Of a stretch of DNA of 64,000 nt, positions 1 to 9,102 are shown one piece after another. The number at the start of each line of letters is the position of its first letter. The first letter of the stretch is position 1. The notes below the pieces were generated by a model. It was not told the DNA's origin. It worked only from the letters and a program-made list of their open reading frames with translations, and did no database searches. The translations under genes were made by a program, and so were the position numbers. Source of the stretch: Candidatus Omnitrophota bacterium (GTDB taxonomy: Bacteria; Omnitrophota; Gorgyraeia; Zapsychrales; Zapsychraceae); contig JADFYE010000002.1 in the NCBI GenBank assembly GCA_015233195.1, positions 26,184 to 90,183 of the forward strand, given 5' to 3'.

Positions 1-326
1 CTAGATACTTACTTTCCCAACCAGCCTTTTCGATGACTTCTGACGAACAAGATCAGCATCCCCCCTTTCTTTGTCAGATTGAAATCATCACTGGGTTAAT
101 GAAACTAATAGATGGTTACATTCTCACATAGCCAACTAATTATGTCAAAGGAATTTTTAAATATTTTTTAAAAGGCTATTTACCGACTTTTTAATACCTG
201 AACTCTAAAAAGCAATAAAATTTTAATATCCAATCAAAAAAACCAAACAACCCCGCTTTCCTTATATAATTAAACCGCAATACTACTTAAATCGTATATT
301 CCCAAACATTTCCAATATATATGAAG

Positions 327-512
327 ACGCCGCACAAGCGAAAGAACGAATAACGCCGTAGATGGGCGTTTTATAATTAATCATAAGCATTTTCGCTCAG
401 AAAATGCCGAGATACAAGGCGTTACTGAAAGCGTGCGGAGGCGTACACTAAGTACGCCGCACAAGTGCTTGAAAGTAACAACGCAGTAGATTGGCATTTT
501 ATGACGAAAATG
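327..512. repeat. Three copies (direct 327-374, inverted 388-446, direct 452-512) of a ~50-60 bp unit. Copies 2 and 3 form a long imperfect hairpin that abuts the tRNA 3' end.
   Basis: Read by eye. The shared core is acgccgcacaag..aaag..aacgcNgtagatNggcNttttat. The reverse complement of 388-446 aligns with 452-512. Each unit has an inner hairpin, e.g. aacgcc-gtagatg-ggcgtt. Confidence 0.6.
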
Positions 513-585
513 TGCGCCTAGGTGGACTCGAACCACCCTATCAGCCTTAGGAGGGCCGCGCTCTATCCATCTGAGCTATAGGCGC
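513..585 (-). tRNA. tRNA-Arg (anticodon CCT)
   Basis: Manual cloverleaf on the minus strand: acceptor GCGCCTA/TAGGCGC, D stem GCTC/GAGC, anticodon stem CGGCC/GGCTG with loop CTCCTAA, T arm GGTGG-TTCGAGT-CCACC, discriminator A. Length 73 nt, CCA not encoded. Confidence 0.85.
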
Positions 586-591
586 AGGAAA

Positions 592-1125
592 TTAATACTT
601 TATAAGTGCTTCTACTGGTAATCCCTTTAACTTTGCTCTGCCGTTCAAAAATCCTAATTCAACCACAAAAGCCAATCCTAAAACCTTAACTTTTTGCTGT
701 TTTACCAGATCAACTACAGCTTTAATGGTGCCGCCAGTAGCTAAAAGATCATCTACAATCAATACTTTAGAGCCAGCTTTTAACGCATCTTCATGTATTT
801 CAAGGGTATCTGTACCATATTCCAGATCATAGGTCACACTCTTGGTCTTATAGGGAAGCTTACCTTTTTTACGGATCAATATGAAACCAGCACCCAATTT
901 ATAAGCTAATGGTGCGCCAAATATAAAACCACGAGATTCTACAGCCACTACATAATCAACCCCTGCTGTTTTATATTTTTTAGCTAAAAGGTCAATTACC
1001 TTCTTAAAAGCAGTTTTATCTTTTAAAAGGGTAGTAATATCTTTAAAAATTATGCCTTTCTTTGGAAAATCCGGTATATCTCGGATATACGAAGCTAAAT
1101 TTTTTTGAGTTACTGTTTTTGGCAT
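592..1125 (-). CDS. apt: Adenine phosphoribosyltransferase
   Basis: 177 aa. Shows the typical Apt N-terminus (IRDIPDFPKKGIIFKDIT) and the PRPP-binding motif VLIVDDLLATGGT. Confidence 0.95.
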   Translation of the reverse strand: MPKTVTQKNLASYIRDIPDFPKKGIIFKDITTLLKDKTAFKKVIDLLAKKYKTAGVDYVVAVESRGFIFGAPLAYKLGAGFILIRKKGKLPYKTKSVTYDLEYGTDTLEIHEDALKAGSKVLIVDDLLATGGTIKAVVDLVKQQKVKVLGLAFVVELGFLNGRAKLKGLPVEALIKY

Positions 1126-1150
1126 AAATCGTCTCCTTTAGAAAAAGTTC

Positions 1151-1176
1151 AAAAAAAAAGGTCTAACTATTAGACC
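1151..1176 (-). terminator. Rho-independent terminator candidate downstream of the sigma factor gene
   Basis: Minus strand reads ggtcta-atagt-tagacc followed by a run of 9 T (plus-strand a-run at 1151-1159). Confidence 0.55.
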
Positions 1177-1257
1177 GGGATGATTTTATAAAGGCACGAA
1201 GTATCATGCCCCTACATATTATTCGCTTTTATTTTTCACTACATACTACATACTCTT

Positions 1258-2076
1258 CTACGCGTCCTCTTCAGCCCTTTGCTGTTTTACAATATCCCTG
1301 ATCTTTTTAATGGTTGAAGCTTCAATCTGTCGAACCCGTTCTCTTGAAACTCCTAATATCTTAGCTATTTCAGCTAAAGTCCTTTGTTCGCCATCAGTCA
1401 AACCAAACCGCAAATCTAAAATCTTTTTTTCCCGGTCATTTAATTCATCCATAAATTCAACAGTACGCTCTTTATTCAAGAACGATTCTAATTCTTCATC
1501 TGGAGCAGCTACATTAGCATCTTCAATAATATCAATTACCTGACCATCGCCATCTTCACCAATCGGAGCATCCAAACTTGACATTTTAGCAATCGACATT
1601 TCTAATGCCCGGACTTTATCAACTGATACTTTTAATTTCTTTGCCGTTTCAGCCTGAGAAGGCTCCCGTTTTAATTTGTGCGTGAGTTTTTCAATGGCTT
1701 TTTTATACTTTAAAATCTCTTCATTCATGTAAACCGGAACACGGATCATCTTCCCTTGATCAATTATACCGCGGGAAATACCTTGTTTTATCCACCAGGC
1801 AGCGTAAGTTGAAAAACGAAATCCTCTTTTAGGATCAAATTTCTCAACACTCTTCATAAGACCAATATTGCCTTCTTCGATCAAATCACTTAAAGGCACG
1901 CCTAAATTTACGTAACGCTTAGCAATACTTATCACTAAACGTAAGTTAGCTCGGATCATCATATCCCTAGCTTCTTTATCGCCTTTTTTGACCCGATTAG
2001 ATAGTTCGATCTCCTGCTCAGGAGTTAAGAGCTGAATTGGTCGAACATCTCTCAAGTATGCTTTTACTGGATCCAT
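1258..2076 (-). CDS. RNA polymerase sigma factor, sigma-70 family (RpoD/RpoS-like, regions 1.2-4.2, no long N-terminal region)
   Basis: 272 aa. Region 2 reads RLVISIAKRY..DLIEEGNIGLMKSVEKFDPKRGFRFSTYAAWWI. It also has MIRVPVYM and region 4.2 TLAEIAKILGVSRERVRQIE. Confidence 0.9.
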   Translation of the reverse strand: MDPVKAYLRDVRPIQLLTPEQEIELSNRVKKGDKEARDMMIRANLRLVISIAKRYVNLGVPLSDLIEEGNIGLMKSVEKFDPKRGFRFSTYAAWWIKQGISRGIIDQGKMIRVPVYMNEEILKYKKAIEKLTHKLKREPSQAETAKKLKVSVDKVRALEMSIAKMSSLDAPIGEDGDGQVIDIIEDANVAAPDEELESFLNKERTVEFMDELNDREKKILDLRFGLTDGEQRTLAEIAKILGVSRERVRQIEASTIKKIRDIVKQQRAEEDA

Positions 2077-2100
2077 AAATAATTATCTGTCTTCTATAAA

Positions 2101-2172
2101 CTGTAAGTGATAAGAAGTAAATTATTAAAAACGCATCCCGCGCCAATACAATTTACATCTTATCACCTACAG
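2101..2172 (-). promoter_or_regulatory. 23-bp-arm imperfect inverted repeat between the ppdK stop and the sigma factor start (leader structure or terminator)
   Basis: ctgtaagtgataagaagtaaatt (2101-2123) pairs with aatttacatcttatcacctacag (2150-2172) at 21 of 23 positions, with a 26-nt loop. Confidence 0.4.
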
Positions 2173-2238
2173 CCCTTATCGTCCTACTCTATTTAACATT
2201 TTTATCGGGCACAATATATTTTGCCCCTACTGCACTTT

Positions 2239-4920
2239 TTATGATATTGCTGCTTGCGCGCCAGCTAAACGTGCGATCGGAACACGGAACGGTGAACAGC
2301 TCACGTAGTTCAGACCAGCTTTAGCAAAAAACTTAACTGATTCTTGGTCGCCGCCATGCTCGCCGCATACGCCGCATTTCAAATCAGCTTTAGTAGAACG
2401 TCCTCGTTCCACACCCATTTTAACCAATTGACCAACACCTTCTTTATCAATTGTCGCAAAAGGATCATCTTTCAAAATTTTCTTATTCAAATAATCCGGT
2501 AAGAAAGTTGCGATGTCGTCACGACTATAACCGAATGTCATTTGAGTAAGATCATTGGTACCGAATGAGAAAAATTCAGCAGTTTGAGCAACTTTATCAG
2601 CAATCAAAGCTGCACGAGGAATCTCGATCATAGTACCGACTTTGTATTCGATCTTTTGACCTTTTTTCTTCAAGATCTCTTCAGCTGTTTTACGGATCAA
2701 CACATCTAGAATATCAAACTCTTCTTTAGTTCCAATCAATGGAATCATAATTTCCGGATAAACTTTTACGCCTTTTGCAGCCATGTTACAAGCAGCTTCA
2801 ATGATAGCTGTAGTTTGCATGGTGCAAATTTCCGGATAAGTAATTGATAAACGGCAGCCGCGGTGACCCAACATCGGGTTCATTTCATGGAGGCTGTCAA
2901 CTTTAGCTTTTACTTTTGCAGCAGTAGTCTTTAAACGTTTTGCCATTTCAGCTTGACCTTTAGCGTCATGAGGTAAGAACTCATGTAATGGCGGATCCAA
3001 TAAACGGATAGTTACTGGGAATCCGTCCATAGCTTTGAAAATACCTTCAAAATCTTTACGTTGTAAAGGTAACAATTTTTTCAAGGCTTTTTCGCGTTCA
3101 GCGAGTGTCTCAGCCAGGATCATTTCACGTTTTGCCCAAATACGGTCGCCGGCAAAAAACATATGTTCTGTTCGGCATAAACCAATACCTTGTGCGCCAA
3201 GAGCACGTGCTATCACCGCGTCATTAGGAGTATCAGCATTAGTACGAACCCCTACTTGACGGAATTTATCTGACCATTTCATAACTTCAATAAACATTTG
3301 ACAGATCGGATGTTTTAAAGCAGCCTTATTTCCATGAACTACGCCGGAAATAACTGGTGATTCAGCAGTCTTGATCTCGCCGGAAATGATCTCTCCGGTA
3401 ACGCCTTCGATCGAAACATAATCACCTTCTTTAACTGTCTTATTTCCAACCTTCATTAACTTTTTCTTATAATCAATATCCAATGCACTGCATCCAACTA
3501 CGCAGCATTTTCCCCAGCCTCGAGCCACAACTGCAGCGTGTGAAGTCATACCGCCGGTAGAAGTAAGAATGGCTTCTGCCGCCCACATACCGCTGACATC
3601 TTCCGGAGAAGTTTCACGACGGGTTAGAATAACTTTTTTACCTTTCTTCGCCCATTTTACTGCATCTTCAGCCGAGAAAACCACATGACCTGAAGCCGCT
3701 CCTGGACCAGCCGGAAGACCTTTAGCCAAAGTTTTCTTTGCCGCAACTGCTGCAGCTTTTGCTTTTAGATCGAAGATCGGAAAAAGCAATTGGTTCAAAT
3801 GATTGCCATCAATACGTTTGATCGCGGTTTTCTCGTCGATCAAACCTTCTTTTACAAAGTCTACCGCAACTTGTACTGCAGCTAACCCGGTACGTTTACC
3901 GTTACGAGTCTGCAACATGAACAATGTGCCTTCTTGAATAGTAAACTCAATATCCTGCATATCTTTATAATGACGTTCCAACTTCAAACGGATCTCATTT
4001 AATTGATCATAAATCACAGGCATATCTTTTTTCAAAGTTGAAATTGGCAGCGGAGTACGGATACCAGCGACCACGTCTTCACCTTGAGCATTAATTAAAT
4101 ATTCGCCATAAAATTCATTTGTACCATTAGAAGGATTACGAGTGAACGCAACTCCAGTTCCCGAAGTATCACCCATGTTACCAAATACCATTGCCTGAAC
4201 ATTAACTGCAGTACCTTTTAATTCCTGAACTTTATTAATTTGACGATAAGCTATAGCGCGGTCAGCGTTCCATGAATTAATAACCGCATTGATCGAATGT
4301 TCTAATTGAACGCGAGCGTCCGTAGGGAAATCTGAGCCAACTGACTTTTTATAAACTTGTTTATACGCAGCCACTAATTCTTTTAATTCAGCTGCAGTTA
4401 ACTCTGTATCCAACTTCCTCTTATACTTAGCTTTAATCTTAGTCATTGCTTCTTCAAAATGATCATGATGCACGCCCATACAAACATCGCCGAACATGTT
4501 AATAAAACGACGATAAGAATCCCATGCCATACGTTCATTACCAGTACGTTTAATCAAACCTTGTACTGCGTCGTCGTTAATACCCAGATTCAATACTGTA
4601 TCCATCATACCCGGCATAGATACTGCGGCGCCTGAACGAACTGAAACCAAAAGTGGATTTTCTTTATCACCGAATTTTTTACCAAGTTCATTCTCGAGCT
4701 TAGTAATATTTTCTTCGATCTGCTGAGCTAATTCCGCAGGTTTAGTATTACCATGCGAATAATAATAACCGCAAACTTCAGTTGAAATAGTGAATCCTGG
4801 AGGAACAGGGATACCAATGCTGGACATATCTGCCAAATTAGCACCTTTACCGCCGAGTAATTCTTTCATGTCTCCCCGACCTTCGGCTGTTCCGCCCCCA
4901 AAATAATAGACGTACTTCAT
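2239..4920 (-). CDS. ppdK: Pyruvate, phosphate dikinase
   Basis: 893 aa, colinear with PPDK. Shows the ATP-grasp N-terminus (GGKGANLADM), the phospho-His region GGMTSHAAVVARG, and PEP-utiliser C-terminal motifs (GLCRTEHMF, FFSFGTNDLTQ). Confidence 0.97.
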   Translation of the reverse strand: MKYVYYFGGGTAEGRGDMKELLGGKGANLADMSSIGIPVPPGFTISTEVCGYYYSHGNTKPAELAQQIEENITKLENELGKKFGDKENPLLVSVRSGAAVSMPGMMDTVLNLGINDDAVQGLIKRTGNERMAWDSYRRFINMFGDVCMGVHHDHFEEAMTKIKAKYKRKLDTELTAAELKELVAAYKQVYKKSVGSDFPTDARVQLEHSINAVINSWNADRAIAYRQINKVQELKGTAVNVQAMVFGNMGDTSGTGVAFTRNPSNGTNEFYGEYLINAQGEDVVAGIRTPLPISTLKKDMPVIYDQLNEIRLKLERHYKDMQDIEFTIQEGTLFMLQTRNGKRTGLAAVQVAVDFVKEGLIDEKTAIKRIDGNHLNQLLFPIFDLKAKAAAVAAKKTLAKGLPAGPGAASGHVVFSAEDAVKWAKKGKKVILTRRETSPEDVSGMWAAEAILTSTGGMTSHAAVVARGWGKCCVVGCSALDIDYKKKLMKVGNKTVKEGDYVSIEGVTGEIISGEIKTAESPVISGVVHGNKAALKHPICQMFIEVMKWSDKFRQVGVRTNADTPNDAVIARALGAQGIGLCRTEHMFFAGDRIWAKREMILAETLAEREKALKKLLPLQRKDFEGIFKAMDGFPVTIRLLDPPLHEFLPHDAKGQAEMAKRLKTTAAKVKAKVDSLHEMNPMLGHRGCRLSITYPEICTMQTTAIIEAACNMAAKGVKVYPEIMIPLIGTKEEFDILDVLIRKTAEEILKKKGQKIEYKVGTMIEIPRAALIADKVAQTAEFFSFGTNDLTQMTFGYSRDDIATFLPDYLNKKILKDDPFATIDKEGVGQLVKMGVERGRSTKADLKCGVCGEHGGDQESVKFFAKAGLNYVSCSPFRVPIARLAGAQAAIS

Positions 4921-4945
4921 AAAGCCCTCTTTCTTTAATAACTGT

Positions 4946-6253
4946 TTAACCTAAAATTTTTCCTAATAAATAATTTTTCAACGAATCAACACTGATCCGT
5001 TCTTGTTGCATAGTGTCCCGATCTCGTACTGTAACTTGATGGTCTTCTAAAGATTGAACATCAACAGTAACACAATACAAAGTTCCGACCTCATCTTGTC
5101 TGCGGTACAATTTTCCGATAGCAGCAGAATCATCATACACGCACATAAAATGATTTTGCAAATCTTTTTTCAGCTTCTTTGCTAATTCCACTATTTGCCC
5201 ATTTTTCTTTAAAAGCGGCAAAAACGCCACTTTAATCGGCGCTAACTGACGACTCAATTTCAACACCACGCGCGTATCTTCTTTAACCTGTTCCTCATGA
5301 TAAGCATCCACCAAAAATGCCAATATCCCTCGATCTACACCGCCAGAAGGTTCAATTACATACGGAAAATATTTTTTGTTATTCACCTGATCATGATATT
5401 GCAAATCCTGTCCAGAAAATTGAGAATGCTGTTTAAGATCAAAATCCGCGCGATGCGCTATTCCTTCAATTTCAGACCATCCGAACGGGAATAAATACTC
5501 AACATCTTTACATCCTTTTGCGTAATGCGCCAACTCATCCGAACCATGCGCCCGCAATCTTAAATTTTCTTTTTTCATACCCAAATCAACATACCATTGA
5601 AACCGGTCATTGATCCATCCTTCAAAACACGCGTCAGCTTTCTCCGGCTCAGTAAAATATTCAATTTCCATCTGTTCAAATTCACGCATCCGAAAAGTAA
5701 AATTCCCGGCAGTAACTTCATTACGAAAAGATTTCCCGATCTGGGCAATACCAAAAGGCAATTTACGGTGAGTAGCATCGATAACATTTTGAAAATTTAC
5801 AAAAATACCTTGGGCGGTTTCAGGACGAAGATAAGCAATACTGCTGCCATCATCTACTGGCCCTAACTGAGTTTTAAACATTAAATTAAACGCGCGTCCC
5901 TCAGTAAAATCCTGCGAACCGCATTTAGGACATTTACCTTTAATATGATCTACTCTGAAACGGCCTTTACATTTACGGCAATCTACTAAAATATCGGAAA
6001 AATTCTGGGTATGACCTGAAGCATCCCAAGTTTTAGGATGCATGATTATTGCAGCATCTAATCCTACAACGTCTTCTCTATTATGTACTACAGCTTTCCA
6101 CCAGGCATCTTTTAAATTACGTTTTAATTCAGCGCCAAGTGGACCATAGTCCCATGAATTTGCCAAACCACCATAAATTTCAGAAGAAGGAAAAATAAAA
6201 CCCCGTCGTTTACAAAGAGAAACGATCTTATCCATTAAATCATTATTTTGCAT
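4946..6253 (-). CDS. glyQS: Glycine--tRNA ligase (class II, homodimeric GlyQS type)
   Basis: 435 aa. N-terminus RGFIFPSSEIYGGLANSWDYGPLG, motif 2 FRNE..FRMREFEQME, and a Zn-ribbon-like CRKCKGRFR..CPKCG insert. Confidence 0.95.
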   Translation of the reverse strand: MQNNDLMDKIVSLCKRRGFIFPSSEIYGGLANSWDYGPLGAELKRNLKDAWWKAVVHNREDVVGLDAAIIMHPKTWDASGHTQNFSDILVDCRKCKGRFRVDHIKGKCPKCGSQDFTEGRAFNLMFKTQLGPVDDGSSIAYLRPETAQGIFVNFQNVIDATHRKLPFGIAQIGKSFRNEVTAGNFTFRMREFEQMEIEYFTEPEKADACFEGWINDRFQWYVDLGMKKENLRLRAHGSDELAHYAKGCKDVEYLFPFGWSEIEGIAHRADFDLKQHSQFSGQDLQYHDQVNNKKYFPYVIEPSGGVDRGILAFLVDAYHEEQVKEDTRVVLKLSRQLAPIKVAFLPLLKKNGQIVELAKKLKKDLQNHFMCVYDDSAAIGKLYRRQDEVGTLYCVTVDVQSLEDHQVTVRDRDTMQQERISVDSLKNYLLGKILG

Positions 6254-6349
6254 AGGTGAGATATTCTAACTAAAAGTTTTATAAAAATCAAGCAACACAC
6301 TATTATATATAAATAAAAATTTTTGCAACAAAAAAGTAAAAAAAGAAGA

Positions 6350-7048
6350 TTATTTGCTTTTATAAAGCAATTTCCAGGGGCTTTTCTTAAGATCTGCAGT
6401 CATTTCCTCTAAATTAGTTGAAACTCCGCGGAAGCTGCCAATAATCGAATCAAAGCTCTCTTCATTAAGCTTTAACCGTTCATCCAAATTGGCAGAAATA
6501 GAAGATACATTCTTTACCGTATCATTAGCATTTGACACAATACTGTCGATCTTTGCGCTGTTATTTATTAAAATTTGATTAATCCGCTGGGTAATCTCTT
6601 TAACCTGTAAAGAAATTTCAGTACCGTTTTTAACCATATCTTCAAAATTAGTTGGATCATCACCAATTATCCTAGCCCCATCCTTAATAAACTCGCCTTT
6701 GTTTCCTGCAACCAGCCCAACATATTTTTCCCCCATAAACCCTAATAATTTAACTACAGCCTTTGTGTTCTGCCTTAACTTAACCTCATCTTTAACCCAT
6801 AAACACAATTCAATACTGGTCTTATCTCCTTCATTTTTTATCTTAATATCCTGCACCATGCCTATTTCATAACCATTAACCATAACCGGGGAATTAAGAT
6901 TCACTCCATCCACATTATTAAAACTTACATAAATATTATAACCTTTATTTGAAAAATTGAATTTACCGGACTTTATGGTCAATCCGAACAATATAACAAA
7001 TACCACTGTAACCATTAAACCAATTCTTATTTCATTATTAAATTTCAT
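6350..7048 (-). CDS. mlaD: MlaD/MCE-domain periplasmic lipid-transport protein
   Basis: N-terminal TM followed by an MCE domain (YNIYVSFNNVDGVNLNSPVMVNGYEIGMV). I place the start at ATG 7048, which has the SD taaggaga 7 nt upstream; the track used TTG at 7054. Confidence 0.8.
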   Translation of the reverse strand: MKFNNEIRIGLMVTVVFVILFGLTIKSGKFNFSNKGYNIYVSFNNVDGVNLNSPVMVNGYEIGMVQDIKIKNEGDKTSIELCLWVKDEVKLRQNTKAVVKLLGFMGEKYVGLVAGNKGEFIKDGARIIGDDPTNFEDMVKNGTEISLQVKEITQRINQILINNSAKIDSIVSNANDTVKNVSSISANLDERLKLNEESFDSIIGSFRGVSTNLEEMTADLKKSPWKLLYKSK

Positions 7049-7060
7049 AATCAAATCTCC

Positions 7061-7846
7061 TTATCGGTCGATAACATCCTCATTCAAATGTATAGGTCCG
7101 TTAATCTCGCCCTTAATAAACTGCTGGATCACGGGATTAGTAGAATTTTGTATTTCTTCTTTAGTACCAACCTGCAACATTTTACCTTTATAAAGCATGC
7201 CAATACGATCAGCAATACGAAACACACTTTCCATATTATGCGTTACCACCACAGACGTCAAATTTAACTTCTTGGTCAAATCCAAAATCAATTGATCAAC
7301 CACTGCGCACACTACCGGATCCAATCCAGCAGTAGGCTCGTCATAAAATACAATTTCCGGATCCATAGCAATCGCCCGCGCCAACCCCACTCTTTTTCTC
7401 ATACCGCCGGACAACTGACTTACCTGATAATTTTCAAATCCTTGCAACCCAACAAGTTTTAACTTCATTTTAGCGATTATACTTATAAGTTTTTGATCTA
7501 ACCGGGTATGCTCGACCAGCGGCAAACTAACATTTTCCTCAACTGACAAAAAATCTAATAAAGCCGAATTCTGAAAACTCATTCCAAACCGTTTACGAAA
7601 TTTATCCATTTCATCTTCTTCCATGGAATGAATATCTTTACCATCATAATAAACCTCACCTTGATCAGGACGTATTGCCCCAGTCATCGTACGCAACAAA
7701 GTACTTTTACCGCTTCCTGACCCGCCGACAATAACAAACGTTTCACCTTGTTGAATATCAATATTAATGTTATCCAACACAATCCTACCTTCAAATTTCT
7801 TGATCAGGTTACGTACTGAAATAAATTTTTTGTTGGTTTCAATCAT
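7061..7846 (-). CDS. mlaF: ABC transporter ATP-binding protein (MlaF-like)
   Basis: Walker A GGSGSGKST, signature LSGGMRKRV, Walker B IVFYDEPTAGLD. The start is moved to ATG 7846 (MIETNKKF), 2 nt after the mlaE stop. The track's 5' extension overlaps mlaE. Confidence 0.85.
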   Translation of the reverse strand: MIETNKKFISVRNLIKKFEGRIVLDNINIDIQQGETFVIVGGSGSGKSTLLRTMTGAIRPDQGEVYYDGKDIHSMEEDEMDKFRKRFGMSFQNSALLDFLSVEENVSLPLVEHTRLDQKLISIIAKMKLKLVGLQGFENYQVSQLSGGMRKRVGLARAIAMDPEIVFYDEPTAGLDPVVCAVVDQLILDLTKKLNLTSVVVTHNMESVFRIADRIGMLYKGKMLQVGTKEEIQNSTNPVIQQFIKGEINGPIHLNEDVIDR

Positions 7847-7848
7847 AA

Positions 7849-8643
7849 TTAAAAATTTATAAAGAAATATATGCCGGTTAAAATACAATCCGCGATAATT
7901 ATTAAAATAAAACTGGTAACTACACTTATAGTTGTTGCCTGTCCTACACCCACTGCTCCACCTTTTGTTTTAAGTCCTTGATAAATTCCGACCATAGAAA
8001 TAATTGCGGCAAACACAAATGGTTTTGACAATCCGGTATAGATGTCCTTAAGCGATAAGAATTTAAATGTGGTCTGAGCATAAAGACCAGGAGAGATATG
8101 CAAACTATTAACTCCAACAACATAACCCCCAAACATGCCTGAAGCATCACCCAAAACTGTCAAACATGGAAGCATTATAAGAAGCGCTAAAAATTTAGGA
8201 ACAGCTAAATACCTGACCGGGTTAATACCCATAGTTTCCAAAGCTTCAATCTGTTCATTTACCTTCATCGACCCAACTTCTGCAGTAATAGCAGCACCAA
8301 TGCGTCCGGCAATAACTAATGCAGTTAACACTGGTCCTAACTCGCGGCAAATCGCAATTGAGACCATACTGGAAACATAAAATACCGCCCCCATTTTCTG
8401 AAATTGAGGCGCTAATTGCATTGCAATAACTACCCCAGTAAAAAACGTTACAAAAAACACAATCAAAATAGACTGCAAACCCATATATACCATTTGTTCA
8501 AATACCGTCTTAAAATTCACGGGTTTGCGGTGAAATACGCCAAAAACCGACCAATAAACCGTAGCAAAAAATAAACTGCTTATATCAGAAAAAACTTTTA
8601 ACCAATTTCTAATATTTATACCAATATTTTCAAAAAAATTCAT
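7849..8643 (-). CDS. mlaE: ABC transporter permease (MlaE-like)
   Basis: 264 aa polytopic protein with MlaE-type conserved stretches (RELGPVLTALVIAGRIGAAITAEVGSMKVNEQIEALETMG). Confidence 0.85.
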   Translation of the reverse strand: MNFFENIGINIRNWLKVFSDISSLFFATVYWSVFGVFHRKPVNFKTVFEQMVYMGLQSILIVFFVTFFTGVVIAMQLAPQFQKMGAVFYVSSMVSIAICRELGPVLTALVIAGRIGAAITAEVGSMKVNEQIEALETMGINPVRYLAVPKFLALLIMLPCLTVLGDASGMFGGYVVGVNSLHISPGLYAQTTFKFLSLKDIYTGLSKPFVFAAIISMVGIYQGLKTKGGAVGVGQATTISVVTSFILIIIADCILTGIYFFINF

Positions 8644-8646
8644 AAC

Positions 8647-9027
8647 TTACCCTATAAGATTTCTAATTTTATCTAATAATACATTCATTTCAACTGGCTT
8701 AGACATATACGCATCAGCACCCATCTCATAACCGATCCGTTCATCTTCCTCTTCAGAACGAGAAGTTAAAAATATAATTGGTAAAGTGATTTCTTTCAAT
8801 TCGGATTTTAGCAATTTACAAAAATTATATCCGTTTATTATAGGCATCATCACATCAAGAATAATAAGATCCGGCTTTTTCTTAAAAACTATTTCCAAAC
8901 CTTCTGCGGCATACTCACTAACTGTAACATCATATCCATTTTCAGTTAAACGTGATTCAAGGATCTTAAGTACTATCCTATCATCATCTACCACCAATAT
9001 TTTTTTTCGTATGTCTTTTAATACCAT
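8647..9027 (-). CDS. Stand-alone response regulator receiver domain (CheY-like)
   Basis: 126 aa with ILVVDDD, phospho-acceptor context LIILDVMMP, and the T/K pair (FLTSRS .. YMSKP). Confidence 0.85.
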   Translation of the reverse strand: MVLKDIRKKILVVDDDRIVLKILESRLTENGYDVTVSEYAAEGLEIVFKKKPDLIILDVMMPIINGYNFCKLLKSELKEITLPIIFLTSRSEEEDERIGYEMGADAYMSKPVEMNVLLDKIRNLIG

Positions 9028-9102
9028 TGTATTATTCTATAAACCCGAACAAAAAATACAAGAGAAAGGTTAAATTAATAAAAACTAAAAAATTTAAAAC
9101 GA

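Noticed and set aside
1-131. Open frame entering from the left window edge on the plus strand (frame 3, ..MTSDEQDQHPPFLCQIEIITGLMKLIDGYILT, stop near 129-131). A shorter minus-strand frame also ends at position 1.
   Set aside because: Only about 43 codons are visible, with no recognisable motif. I cannot distinguish the C-terminus of a real gene from chance, so it is not reported as a feature.
1310-1543. Antisense or nested short ORFs from the six-frame track. Examples: 1310-1543, 3035-3259, 5297-5494, 5575-5866, 6957-7193, 7944-8380, 8786-9073, 17151-17697, 17864-18136, 19417-19710, 21957-22256, 23150-23368, 24345-24548, 25177-25505, 27231-27446, 28023-28677, 30230-30415, 30468-31235, 31770-31970, 36061-36351, 36887-37528, 39073-39261, 41296-42312, 43298-43863, 44731-45375, 46941-47213, 49196-49423, 51433-51696, 52067-52273, 54526-54816, 56689-57206, 59713-59916, 61057-61245, 62896-63087.
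   Set aside because: Each lies entirely within, or opposite to, a much longer ORF with clear family signatures. Their products are low-complexity, as expected for shadow frames in AT-rich DNA, and none has an RBS or recognisable motif.
2181-2238. Possible ppdK terminator (gggca..tgccc) just after the stop codon.
   Set aside because: The stem is only 5 bp with a ~10-nt loop and no clean U-tract, too weak to call.
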